A stretch of DNA of 64,000 nucleotides from Camelus ferus. Taxonomy: Eukaryota. The stretch covers positions 51,276,001 to 51,340,000 of the forward strand of contig NC_045696.1 of the NCBI RefSeq assembly GCF_009834535.1, given 5' to 3'. The notes under the pieces were generated by a model. The model searched no databases. It was not told the origin of the DNA and was given only the letters and a program-made list of their open reading frames with translations. The number at the start of each line of letters is the position of its first letter. The stretch's first letter is position 1. The position numbers and the translations under genes were made by a program. Shown here piece after piece: positions 24,881-38,371 of the stretch.

Positions 24881-25225
24881 AGAAACTTAAAACTATATGA
24901 CAGAGAACACAGTACCTCTGCTTAGGTGTGTTTCAGGTATTCCCATCACTTTATTCTCTTGCCAGTCCTGTGAGGAAGGGAGGGCAGGCTTCCTCCTCCA
25001 CCTCCTCATTTTAAAGATGGGCCCCTGGAGTGCCAGGGGATTTCCTATCTTGTCTGCACCCATGTGGTCGGGGGTGAGCTGGGACTCCCTCCCCTGCCCA
25101 GTATCTCTGAGTGCCCAGCTCTCCTAGCCCCCGCCTCAGCTTTTCAGACCCATTCCAGGCACAGAATCTACTGCAGAGCAGTTGTGAAGCCAGTGAGTGA
25201 ATTTCTGTAAAGATCAAAGCCTCAC

Positions 25226-25371
25226 CTGTCACTGTGCTCCACCGCAGTCCTGTGCTTGTTCTGAGAATCGATCTTGGCCTCCCTGACCATGTTGCACCAG
25301 GCCTGGAAAACCTTCTTCTGAAGAAACTGTGCACACAGTTTTTGTAATTCTTCCTCAAGATCAATCAGGTA
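25226..25371 (-). CDS. CCDC191: CCDC191 coding exon
   Basis: YLIDLEEELQKLCAQFLQKKVFQAWCNMVREAKIDSQNKHRTAVEHSD-R; canonical AG/GT; phase 0-2. Confidence 0.92.
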
Positions 25372-25900
25372 CTGGGGACGAGGACAGGAAAAAAGTGAGA
25401 CATTATATCACAAAGAATTCGAGCAAATAAAAAGTACAAAAGAGAAAGACAAAACAAAGGAACAACGGATAAAACACAAAACAAAGGAACAAAGGACACT
25501 GGAGGCATAAGGAAAAAGGCTAACGTATCAGCTCAGGTCATATCCTCGGTAATGTATTAAGAAGATAATAATGTAGTCAGAGGAACAGAAAACTAAAGGG
25601 ACAGGTTTCTTGTAAAATCACTTAAGCAATTATGGGACAAGAAAGCTAATATAAAAACAAAAGCTGATGTAATGATGTTACAGGTGGAGGGATACTCTGT
25701 GTGAAAGGAAATGTGCTTAAGATTTTATACTAAAAAAAAATTGATTTGACATTTTCAAATTCATTTCAAAGCAATGAATTGACTCTTCCATATTGTTCCT
25801 GAAAGAACACCATGACTGTTGATGGCTGGAGTGCACCTGATTTTCTTACACAGGGTTGAGCAGAGACATGTATTTATAACTCCCTTGCCTGTGGCCTTAC

Positions 25901-26053
25901 CTGCAGCCAGCTCCGGAAGACTCTCCTAAGCAGTATTTGGTCATAAAATTGATCAGCCCGGGCCACTTTCCTAGCCAGGCTTTCCTGACTCCACTGGAAC
26001 CAGGTCAGCAGGCATTTCCTCTGGAGGGCCAAAGAGTGATGCTCTTTGGCCAC
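25901..26053 (-). CDS. CCDC191: CCDC191 coding exon
   Basis: VAKEHHSLALQRKCLLTWFQWSQESLARKVARADQFYDQILLRRVFRSWLQ; donor CAG|GTAAGG. Confidence 0.92.
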
Positions 26054-27408
26054 CTGAACAATTTTTTAAATGAGAAAAGGAAATTATTCCTTGTATCTTA
26101 AAACATCAAAGGAAATACACATCACTGTGGCAAGTGATGCTGTAAACCACATGTAGGCAGTTACCAGAGAGAATAATCTTAAAGACATTCAGCCTACGTC
26201 CTAAAAGCTTTGACTGCTGGCTGTATTACACAGGGATTTTAGATTCACAACATGCATAGCTTTTCAGTGCTGACTCCCTGAAGACCACAGTGACTGGCTG
26301 GTTATTAAGGACATGGGATAAACAACCTCCAAAACCATCATGTCACTTGCATTGAGTTTTGAAGCGAGTGGCTGGCAACATTCTTGGTTTGTTCTCCTGG
26401 AGCTTGGGCAGCAACTCCCTAACAAACTTCTCTTTATTACGTAGTTAACCACTGTCTAATTGAGGAAATGCCAATACTTTCAATTAGTTGTGCAGAATGA
26501 GCTATCACAAGCACTGAAATTTAGACATTATTAATAAACCACAAAAACATTTGATAGAAAAATAACATGATGAATAATTTAATGTCTTACCAACTTAAAA
26601 GGCTCAGAGTATCATTCTATCAGAATAAACACACAACTCAGACTCTGTAGATTTAAAAAAGTAACTGTTACATTCTTTCAAGAGGTCAGAAGGAAAAGCC
26701 CTCTGTTTAGTCCTCTCCAGACAATTACACATTTTTCTAAGTCTCGTCCTGCCACAGCACTGTGCATGTGACCGATTCAGGCGAGTCCCTTGGCAATCAT
26801 ACACAGTGGCCTAAATCCCCGTCACAGGAAGTCTCTGTGGCACCTGGGAGCCAGAAACATACAGCCCCCTACCCTCCTCCCTGCGCTCCATCCTCTGGGA
26901 AAACACAGAGATCCAGGGAGAGAAAGATGGTCAGAAGATCCCTTAAAAGTTCTGAAAATGGTTGTTGGAACAAATGGAATACAGCACATTTGAATTTAAG
27001 GGGAATGCTAAATAACTCTTCTGGGGGGAAAATGTTAAGCCAGGAACTGTTTAACTGGACCCCTTTTCTTTCTTAATTTCTTCTATCCCTTCCTGGGAGC
27101 CGACTCTCGTGGATGAAGAAGCTGCCCCTTCCTCTTACTGTCCTCCAGAATGTCTCCTTTTATTTATTTTTTTTACTTTCAGCTGACAGTTGGTATCTAA
27201 ACACACCTCTGATTTCTATATAGCATAAAAGACACGCCCGAACTGGGCAGGAGTTTTGGAGGAAGGCGTTGCTGAACTCTGTTCTAGCTTTGTAACCAGT
27301 GTGCTTGTAACCTTAGCAAGTCAGTTCTCCTCTAAGGCTCAGTTCCCTTATTTACAAACTGAAATAGATGGAAGAGAATTGCTGATGTTCTAAAATTCCA
27401 TTATTCTT

Positions 27409-27844
27409 TGTGGTAGGCTGAATAGTGGCCCTCAGGGATGGCCACATCCTAACCCTGGAAATACGTTATTTTACATGGTAAAAGGGATTTTGCACATGTG
27501 ATTATGTAAAGGATCTTAAAATGGGGAGATGATCCTGGATTATATGGAAGAGCCCTAAATTAATCACAAGAGTCCCTGTAAGAGGATCAGCATCAATGTG
27601 AGCTGTGGCGTCGAGGAAGGTGCTGTGGGCAATGAATGCAGGCAGCCACGAGAAGTTAAAAAAGGCAAGGAAACAGTCTCTCCTGGGACCCTCCACAAGG
27701 AACCTGTCCTGCTAACACACTGACTTTGGTCCAGTAAGTCTGATTTTGGACTTCTGACCTCCAGAATTTTAAGATGATAAATCTGTTGTTTTAAGCTACT
27801 GTATTTGGGGTAATTTGTTATAACAGCAATAGGAGACTAACACA
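27409..27844 (+). mobile_element. MaLR (MLT1-like) solo LTR
   Basis: TG...CA ends; tgtggtaggctgaatagtggcc...gacttctgacctccagaa...gcaataggagactaacaca. Confidence 0.8.
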
Positions 27845-27859
27845 CTTGTTACAAACTAG

Positions 27860-28070
27860 AGAGGTGATTCTCAAAATGTGGTGCTCAGGTCACTGGGATC
27901 AGAATCCCCTGGGTTACTTTTTAAAAATGCAGATTCCCTGACACACTGTCCTCCACCCCACCTTTGCCAAAACCCCAGACCCACTGAGAAGACCTGGAGG
28001 TGGGAACAGAGAGATGCATTTTTTCGTTTTTAAGTTCTCCAGATGGTGTTATGGATAGGAAAGTTTGGAA
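27860..28070. mobile_element. MER5-like hAT DNA transposon remnant
   Basis: gtgattctcaaaatgtggt...aaaaatgcagattcc...aagtttggaaa. Confidence 0.6.
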
Positions 28071-28911
28071 ATGGTTTCAGGTCTGTGTTTTCCTGTTTTT
28101 ATTTTAATTAGATTTTTAAATATTTAAAGCCTATAATTGTCATTTTGAGCTCAAACTCCTTTTTCTATTTTTACATTCTTATGAATAAATTTTTAAAAAT
28201 TTAATTTGGTTATTCACTCATAGATTATTTTATTTCTAAACTTTATACCTTTCTTGATTTTACTTGGTCAAAATCAGGGACCAAAAAAGCAGAGCTGATA
28301 AGTCTGTTAGAGTGTTTTCCACTCCCTGTCTGCTTTTCTTTTGTGTATTAATAATTAAAAATAATAGACAACAATCAGATAAAATAAAACAAAACTAGGA
28401 GCACTCAACTGGATAACAAACTATCTGATAAAACCAGTCTTTGTGGCAGTATATTACAAGAAGCAAATTTCCATTCAAATTTCAAATTTCATTTCCAGAC
28501 TCATTCACTCAGAAGACTAAGGGTCAGCCCTTCCACATCATTACTAGGAAAAAGCCAAAGCAAAACAGCAATGGCTTAGGGCACAGATGGGCCCAGGCCT
28601 CCAAACAGGAGCCTAAGTCACATTCACAAAGGTATGGTACTGAATTTAGTGAGATTCTTAGGATATAGAACATTACTGTTCATTTTTAATCCTGGTTTCC
28701 ATAACCAAAAACATTAACCTACTTTTCAGTATTAACCTGACCAAATGTGTAAGTAAGAGTAGTCATAACCAGCATGCATTACTAACCTTATTATTAAATA
28801 GAATTCTAAAGAAAACATTTTATTTATTTAGAGCTTCTTGATCATGTAGTTAACACCCTATTCTATGCACTGGATATATCTGAATTTCAGTGGGATTTGA
28901 TTTCATTTGTC

Positions 28912-29322
28912 TGTGTGGTAGGGTGGATTACTGTTCCTGATAATAAGATTATACACTCACACTTGCATGTGTTTTCATCCTGCCTCCCAGGGGAATAGAT
29001 GTGGCCTCTTTCTCTGCTCAGTGACCTTGAGTTTGGCCCTGTGACTTGTTTGGCCAGTGGAATGTTAGTGAACATGATACAGGCAGACGTTTCATATGCG
29101 TTCACGTAACTGGGTTTGGCCTTTACGTGTCAGACATCTGCCAGGTGAAAAGCATGCCCCGAGTAACTGCTGGAGCCAGAAAGAGAGGCTGTGGAGAGAC
29201 CTGAGCCTGATCCAGACTGGCCCACAGATACGTGAACGGGAAATAAACAGCTGGGCTGTAATCCATGATGTGCTGAGGCTGATTGTTAGGCAGCTTTATT
29301 GTAGCAGAAGCCTGATTAGTAT
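28912..29322 (+). mobile_element. Old MLT1-like LTR
   Basis: tgtggtag...gtgacttgtttggccagtggaatg...gtagcagaagcctgattagtata. Confidence 0.65.
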
Positions 29323-29638
29323 ACCTTACGATAATTATTTTTCTCTTTATTACAGAGCTATACACTGCTGAAGCTGAGAGAGGCCTCTATTTATCTCACC
29401 TTATAGGTCTCTAATCAAAAATTTGCTCTAGTTTTTTCTTTAACCTATTCAATTACAGAAATCTTTATCTACCTTGGAAGACCAAATCCAAACTTCTACC
29501 CAAAACAAATACACACACTCAACTCATTTATCTTTCTGACTTTTAAATCACAAAACAACCTCCAAAGCCTAACTGGGTGTTTATCCTATTTGAAAAATCC
29601 ACTTGCTAATTTAAGGGGTTCAGAGTGTGACACTATAC

Positions 29639-29782
29639 CTGGACGTTTTGCTTGCTTTGCAATCTCAACCTCTTCCAAGGTTCCAGACCTTTTCTTCTTA
29701 GCAACATCTTTTCATAATGTTCTTTGGCTATTGCTTCCAGCTGCTGGTTCCTTTTAATTCTCTTCTGCTTCTCTAGTTCTTT
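29639..29782 (-). CDS. CCDC191: CCDC191 coding exon
   Basis: KELEKQKRIKRNQQLEAIAKEHYEKMLLRRKGLEPWKRLRLQSKQNVQ; ttttttccag acceptor; GT donor. Confidence 0.93.
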
Positions 29783-29810
29783 CTGGAAAAAATAAAAGAG
29801 GCAAAATGCC

Positions 29811-32800
29811 AAGGAGGACCCAAGATGGTGACATAGGAGGTTCGTGAATGTCCCTCCTCCCTTGGATGCATTGAATGTGTAGCTACACAGGGAGCAATTC
29901 CCTCTGAAAGAAATCCAGAAACTAGCTGTGTGATTTTTCCATATCAGACAAATGAGAAAATACCCACATGGATACACAGAAAACAGCCACAGGAAAGGCT
30001 GAGACACGCTCTCATCACAAGCCCCATCCCTGCCACAGTGCAATATATAGGGAGGGAACTCCCAACTCCCAGCTTCTCCCTGAGGACTGAAGGGTTTGGA
30101 CTGTACACCTAGCAACCAACTTTAAAGACAACCATTCAACCAAGGGATGGCCCTTGCCAAGACACCTAGCTCTGAAAGCCAACAAGGCATGTGTCATGAG
30201 ACACACAAGACTATACCAAACAAAGAAACAGGTCTTAATGGATGTGTGAGTACTCACTGTGGCTATCCTGCTAGGGCTCAGCCCCGAGAAAGCAGGCAAA
30301 AAAGCCTGTCTCCCAGTCTTTCTCTGAAAGGGATTTGACTACATACATTACAAGCTGCTGCCTGAGAGTCCAAGTTTTAATTGAGCAGCATCTAGAGGGC
30401 CGGGCTGCATCCTCTCCAGAGGCTCAGGGAGCCTCTGGGTACTTCCTTTGCCTTTCCCCTCTGGTTTACTCCAAAGATAAAGTCAGATTGCCAGCATCTC
30501 TCTAAAAGGAGCTTGTACACACATCTGGCACCCTAATTTTTTGACTGCCACCCAAGGGATGGATCCCTGGATTGCCAATGAAACTTATATTCTTAAGTCC
30601 CATAGGACTGTAGCAAATGAGCAGGTTTTAAATGGGTAGAGGAGAACCCCACTCCCACCACCTTGGCCACCCAGTCCTGTGCTTATACACCTGGGTTCAG
30701 TGAAAGGGAGCAGGAAAAACACACATCTAGTTTCTCCCTGGAAGGGTCTTAACTACCTACATTCTCAGCAGCTGCCTGAGGGTACAGCTTCTAATCAGCC
30801 TGCATCAAAATGCCGACTGAGATCCCTCCCTTTGGGACAATGATAGGTCTTGGAACACGCTCAAGTACAGGAGTTACTAGGGAGAAGAGAAAATGGGGCA
30901 GAAAGCTTATTCAAAGAAATACTGGCTGAAAATTTCCCTAACTTGGAGAAAAAAACAGATACCCAGATCCAGGAAGCCCAAAAAGTACCAAATAAGATGA
31001 ATTAAGGATACATACACCAAGATACTTTATACTTAAACTGTCAAAAATTAAAGAAAAGGAGAGAATCTTAAAAGTAGTGACAGAAAAGAAACTTGTTATG
31101 TATAAGGGCACTCCCATCAGACTATCAGTGGATTTTTCAGCATAAATCTTGTAGGCCAGAGAAGTGGGATGTTACATTCAAAATGCTGAAAGAAAAAAAG
31201 CTGCCAGTCAAGAATACTCTACCCAGAAAAGGTGTTCTTCAGAATGAAAGGAAGAGAGCGTTTTCCAGACAAACAAAAGCTGAAAGAGTTCATTACCACT
31301 AGACCAGCCTTACAAGAAATGTTAAATGGACTTCTTCAAGGTGAAATGAAAGGATACGAATTAGTAATATGAAAACATATGGAAGTATAAACTTACTGGG
31401 AAAGGTAAACATATAGTTAAATTCAGAACATTCTTAATATTGTAATGATGGTGGGTGGGTGAATCACTTAAAACTCTAGGGTAGGTTAAAAGACAAAAGT
31501 ATTAAAAATAACTATAACTAAAATAATTTGTTAATGGATACACAATATAAAGAGATGTAAATTGTGACATTAAGCACATAAACTGGGGAGGGGATGAAGT
31601 GTAAAAATGTAAAGCTTTTGTATGCATTCAAAGTAATCAGCTTAAAATAGACTATTATAACTACAAAATGTTTTATTTAAACCTCATGATAACCACAAAG
31701 CATAAACATACAGTAGATGCAAAAAATACAAAGAGAAAGGAATCAAAGTATATCACTACTGAGAATCATCCAAACATACAAGAATAAAGCAAGAGAGGAA
31801 GAAAGAAACAAAGGAACCACAAAACTGTTAGAAAATAATTAACAAAGTGGCCATAGCAATTATACACCTATTAATAATTATTTTCAATGTACATAAATTA
31901 AATTCTTCATTCAAAGACAGAGTAGCTGAATGGGTTAAAAAAAAAAAACAAGACCCAACTATATGCTTTCTATGAGAGGCTCACTTCAGCCTTAAGGATA
32001 CATATAGACTGAAATTGAAGGGATGGGAAAAGATATTCCATGCAAATGGGAACCAAAAGAGAGCAGGGGTAGTTATAATTATATCAGACAATATAGACAT
32101 TAAGCCAAAAACTATTAACAAGAGACAAAGAAGGTCATTATATCATGATAAAGGGGTCAATTCATCAAGAGGATTTTAAATTATTTTAATATTTATGCAC
32201 CCAACATTGGAGCACCTAAATAAAGCAAATACTCACATTTTGAAGGGAGAACTAGGCAGCAATACCATCATGGTAGGGGACCCACTTTACACAACTGATC
32301 TTCTAGGCAGAAAATCAGCAAGGAAATGTTGGACTTAAATGACACATTAGACCAGAGGGACTTAACACATACACAGAACATTTCATCCAACAGCAGCAGT
32401 GTACAAAGTGTACATGGAACATTCTCCAGGATGTTAGGCCACAAAACAAGTCTCAATAAATTATAAAAGACTGAAATCATATCAAGCGTATTTTCCAAAT
32501 ACAATGTAATGAAATTAGAAATCAATTACAAGAGGAAAACCGGAAAATTCACAAATATGTGGAGATTTGAAAACATGCTTGTGAACAATCAATGGGTCAA
32601 ATTAGGAACCAAAAGGAAAATTAAAAAATGACACAAATGAAAATGGGAACACAACATACCAAAACTTATGGGATGCAGCAAAAGCAGTTCTATGAGGGAA
32701 GTTTAAATGCTTACATTAAGAAAAAAGAAAGCTCTCAAAAAAACAACCTAACTATACACCTCAAGGACCTAGAAGAAGAACAAATTAAACCCAAAGTTAG

Positions 32801-33241
32801 TAGTAGGAAGGAATAAAGATCAGAGCAGAAATAAATGAAACAGAGATAGAACGGCAATTGAAAAGATCAAAGAAACTAAGAGCTGGTTTTTTTAAAAAAG
32901 GATAAACAAAATAGACAAATCTTTAGCTAGACTAAGAAAAACAGTTCGTACAGAAGACAAATAAAATCAGAAATGAAAGAGAAGACATTACAACAGATAA
33001 CTGAGAGACACTAAGAATCATAAAAATACTATGAAAAATTAAATGGCAACAAGTTAGATAACCTAGAAAAAATAGATATATTCTAGAAACATGGATCACA
33101 AAGAATTAGAAAATCTGAACAGACCAATTACTAGTAAGGAGACCGAATTGGTAATCATAATCTTGGATTTTACACCAAAAGCAAAGGTAACAAAAGCCAA
33201 AATAAATAAGCAAGACTATATCAAACTAAAAAACCTTTTGT

Positions 33242-33279
<38 letters not shown>

Positions 33280-34350
33280 ACAACAAAATGAAAAAGGCAA
33301 CCTATGGAATAGGAAAAATATTTGTAACCACATATCCAATAAAGGGTTAATATCCAAAATATAACTCATATAACTCAGTAGCAAAAAATCCCATATAACT
33401 CATTTGAAAAAAATGGGTAAAGGATCTGAATAGACATTTGGTCCAAAGAAGACATACAAATGGCCAAAAGGTACGTGAAAAGGTGCTCAACATCACTAAT
33501 CATCAGGGATATGCGAATCAAAACCACAATGAACTATCACCTCACACCTGTTAGGATGGCTATGATCAAAAAGACAAGAGGTAACAAATGCCAGTGATGT
33601 GGAGAAAAGTGAACCCCTTGTTCACTGTTGGGGAATGTAAACTGGTACAATCACTATGGAAAACAGATGGAGGTTCTTTAAGAAATTAAAAATAGAACTA
33701 CCATATTATCCAGCAATCCTACTCCTGAGTATATATCTATAGGAAACAAAATCACTATCTCAAAGATATCTCTGTACTTCCATGCGTGTTGCAGCATTAT
33801 ACACAGTAGCCAAGGAATGGAAACAAACTAGGTATCCATTGATGTATGAATGGATTAAAAAAGCACTAAAAAATATACAGTGGAATATTATTCAGCCCTT
33901 AAAAAGGAAATCCTGCCATTGTTGATAATATGGATAAACCTTGAGGGTATTATGCTCAGTAAAATAAGCCAGACAGAGAAGAAGAAATACTAAGTGGTTC
34001 ACTTATATGTGGAATCTTAGGGAAAAAAAAAAAACAAAACAGGTTGAACTTATAGAAACAGAGTAGGATGGTTGTGCCTGAGGGGTGGGAGAAATCCTTC
34101 TTAAGAGAACTTAAGTGTTCTCCTCTCTTAGTAAATTTCAACTATACAATACAATATTATCAACTATAGTCACCATGTTATACATTAGGTCGTCAGACCT
34201 TATTCATACACAGAAAATATATGAGGTGATAGATATGTTAATTAACTTGATAGGAATCCTTTTATAATGCATACGTATATCAAATTATCGTATATGTATG
34301 TACATTTTATCTTACAATTTTGTCAATTACACCTCAATAAAGCTGAAGAA
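29811..34350 (+). mobile_element. Degenerate L1 with 5'UTR, partial ORF1, EN domain and 3' end; RT region deleted
   Basis: 5' end aggaggacccaagatgg; ORF1-like 30890-31330; EN-like about 31850-32600; jump at about 33160 to ORF2 C-terminal sequence; aataaa at about 34337. Confidence 0.85.
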
Positions 34351-34949
34351 AAAGTAAAGATGCAATGATCTAAAGACTCAACAAATAGCTAATTAATTTA
34401 ATTTGAATATATAACCACTAAAAATTATGTTAATCATAGTAACATAACTCTGGAGCATTAAAAAAAAAGGAAACAATTCTGCCAAGAGAGTGAGGAAAAG
34501 TTCTTCATGAATCCTACAAGAATCAGGGCTATGCACATCCTTGGATTTATTCAGCATTATTCACAGAATGATTTACATCTCAGCAAGTTACTAGAAAGGA
34601 AAACATTCAGTTAGGGGAGCAATCCGTATTTTTCCCTCACTGTTATGGGCAACCTAGCAATATAGCCCCTTCCTTCAGATTATGGGGTAGAAATTTATAT
34701 ATAAATAACCTTATTCAAATTTTAAAATACTCCATACTGCATTAAAAGTCTAGTGTCACTCATGCAAGTCACAGAGCAAAAACAAAGACTTTAGACTGTC
34801 TTCACAGTAGTTGTCATCTATGCAGTAAATACACAAAAACACTTATTTTAAGCTTCTTTTTCTCTATTTCCCACAATTTCACTTCAAGAAAACTGTTGTG
34901 AATTGGCTGGTTCTGACAAGCTACCTAATTGTCCAAACCTTCTCTGAGA

Positions 34950-36050
34950 AAAAAAAAAGAGACCATCAATAAAACGAAAAGACACCTACAGAATGGGTGA
35001 TAGTTTCACCCATTTGCCAATGATGTGACCGACAAGGGACTAATTTCCAAAATATACAAAAAGCTCATACAGCTTAATAGCAAAAAAAAAACCCCAAGCA
35101 GTCCAATAAAAAAATGGGCAAAAGACCTCAACAGACATTTCTCCAAAGAAGACATCCAGATGGCCAACAGGCATGTGAAAAGATGCTCAATATCACTAGT
35201 TATCAGAGAAATGCAAATCAAAACTACGATGAGGTATCACCTCACATCAGTCAGAACAGACATCATTAAAAATAAAAAAATGCTGGAGAGGATGTGGTGA
35301 AAGGGAATCCTACACTGTTGGTGGGAATGTAAATTGGTGCAGCCACTTAAAAAACTTAAACAGAGGTTCCTTAAAAAAAATAGACTTACCATATGATCCA
35401 GCAATCCCACTCCTGGGCATATATTTGGAGAAAACTATAATTCAAAAAGACACATGCACCCCAAAGTTCATAGCAGCACTATTTACAACAGCCAAGGCAT
35501 GGAAACAACCTAAATGTCCATCCATAGATGAATGGATAAAGAAGTTGAGACTACATATATATATTTATATATGTGCACACACACACACAATGGAATACTA
35601 CTCAGCCATAAAAGAACAAAATAATGCCATTTGCAGCAACATGGATGGACCTGGAGATTGTCATTCTAAGTGAAGTAAGCCAGAAAGAGAAAAAAAATAC
35701 CATATGATATCACTTATAAGTGGAATCTAAAAAAAGACACAAATGAACTTATTTACAAAACAGAAACAGACTCACAGACATAGAGAACAAACTTATGGTT
35801 ACCGGGGGGAGGGGGTGGGAAGAGATAAACTGCGAGTTTAAGATCTGCAGATACTAATATATATAAAATAGATAAACAGTAAGTTTCTACCATACAGCAC
35901 AGGGAACTATATTCCATATTTTGTGGTAACCTATAATGGAAAAGAATATGAAAAGGAATATTTGTATGTATATGTATGATGGAAACATTCTGCTGTACAT
36001 CAGAAATTGACACAACATTGTAAACTGATTATACTTCAATAAAGAAAAAA
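34950..36050 (+). mobile_element. 5'-truncated L1 (ORF2 C-terminus plus 3'UTR)
   Basis: ORFs [10 protein letters not shown]...[20 protein letters not shown] and KDTCTPKFIAALFT; A-rich tail. Confidence 0.9.
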
Positions 36051-36984
36051 TAGAGAAGTCATTGGAACATTTCTAATATGGAAGGGAGATTTGCTCTATC
36101 TTCCAATCTAAACTACCTGTATCTGTACCAATTCCTCAATGAATATGAAATTTCCATATTTTCTAAAGCATTAAACCAAAATTACCTTTATAATCTTTAT
36201 TACAGATGCTTGAGATATTGAATTGTATGGCCAGAAATAAAAATTATTTATGAGAATTTTCTTATGACTAGCAAGAGGAAGTGGAGGGCTAAGTAAGGAA
36301 GAAAACAAAAACTGGCCATTTTCACATCCACTGAAATGTCCCTGCAGCATTGAGGCAGCAGTTGCAACCTGCAGACAGGAACCTAACACAGACAGTAAGC
36401 CTCTGCAGAAGCTCTATGGCTTGGCCAACCCTGTTCACAAGCACACCTAAGTGATCTCCCTAGAATTACAACTCTACCGCTGGTGTTTTAGGCTCCAAAA
36501 GAAAACCATTTGTGATGGCTTGTGGGGAAAAATAGCCTTTTTAAAAGTCTACTTTTCCATGGAAAAATAGAAAAATATTTAATAAATCAGAGATCTGCTT
36601 TAGTCAAAATTTTGTATTCTTACACAGAAATTTAATTTAAATGTGTATTTCCTCCCTTGATTAAGGATTCCTCAATAAAGTTGATTGTATTTCATTAGTA
36701 TTATTATACTTTTCATTTCCTTGTATGTAGAATGTTTATAACACACGCGTTTAAGATTTACTGGGAGGATTGCATGAAATGATGCTGTCTGCTTTGAGAT
36801 GGCACTTACATTGGGGATCTATGCAGCCAGGGTTTCATAGAGCAAAATTCACTTAGGCTGAAAAGGGATACAAAATCACAGTGTCTTTCTGATTTGAACT
36901 ATTCAGCAAATGACATGCAACAAATAAGACTCATTTGAATGAATATATTTACACATATCCATATATAATATATCCATATATAAA

Positions 36985-36989
<5 letters not shown>

Positions 36990-37027
<38 letters not shown>
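36990..37027. repeat. (TG)n microsatellite
   Basis: Direct reading. Confidence 0.9.
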
Positions 37028-37029
<2 letters not shown>

Positions 37030-37099
37030 CTCACTACTGCTTTGAAAGACAAAAAAGGAATTACAGCAAGAATTAAGAATCATACAGGGCAGTTGACAC

Positions 37100-38160
37100 C
37101 ACTCCTGCACTCTCCGCTTTCCATCCATTAAAGCCACCCTTCCATTGTGTTCTGGAACATATTCCCACTTATGTACTCCTGTAATTTATAGTTTTTGCTC
37201 TCTTGAAATCATGAATTTCTCCCTCACTACTAGATCATTCCCATTAACATGCAAATATGTGCTAGTATTTCCCATCTTTAAAAAACAAACCACCACCAAA
37301 AAAAAAAAAAAAAAAAATCCCAATCATCAACAGAAACAAATCCTTCTTTGATCCCATGTGACCCCTATTACATGCATGGTCTCTGTTTTCCTCACCTCCT
37401 ATTCTCTCCTCAGCTCCCTGGAATAGGGCTTTCTTCCGAGCAACTCCACTGAAAACACTCCTGTCTATGTCATGAATAATCTCCAGATTGCCAAATCAAA
37501 GTGTCACTTGTCTATCCTCTTTTTAATTGAATCCAGCAGAATGTAGCCTGGTTAACCACCGTCACCTGTTACCAGAAATACTTTTTCCTCTCAGCTTCTC
37601 AACGGAAGATTCTCCAGGTTTTCTATCTCATTAGCTCCTCATCCTCTGAGTAATTATTCATATACTCTAGGACTTGGTCTTAAATCCTCATATTTCTTCT
37701 CTCTCTCTCTCCAGACTATGTCCCAAGTTGATTTCATTCACTTCCAGAGCATTAAAAACATTGACATGTTGTTGACTCCCAGATTCCTTACTACAATCTT
37801 TATGTCCAGGCTTATATATTCAGCTGCCTATTAGACGTATCCATTTGGATGTCCAACAGGCATCTCACATTCAACATCTCTCAAGGCCCCGAGTGGACCT
37901 TGGCAGAGGCCTCCTCAGCATCTGGCAGCTCAAACATCGTTTCTTCAGAGAGGCCTTTCCCATGTTGCTTTCCCCACCATACCTCTCCCTCTCTACTTCT
38001 TTAGTTGTTGGCTTGCTTACTGCCTGTTTTCCACAACTAGCACATAAGACTTGCGAGGGCAGGGCTAAGGTCTGTCTTCTCTACTGCTCTATTCTGCTAC
38101 CTAGGACAATGTTGAGCACATAGTAGGTGCTCTACAGACATTTGTTAAATGAATATAAAT
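37100..38160 (+). mobile_element. L2 remnants
   Basis: ctccactgaaa...tgccaaatc; ttggatgtccaacaggcatctcac; gcacatagtaggtgct...tgttaaatgaat. Confidence 0.65.
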
Positions 38161-38371
38161 ATGCTTGTTAGGCAATCATGAAAGACTTCACATCCTGCCT
38201 GGTTTTCTCTAATGAATTTATCTTTTCAACCATAAACTTGACCAACTGTCTATCAATGAAAAGCACATTTATACACCCATAAAAGTTACTGATAAGTATT
38301 TCTAAAAAGTAAGGTTTTAATAAAAATAAAGCAATAGGATGTTAAAAGGAATTCAGATTTTTATTTTCAAA

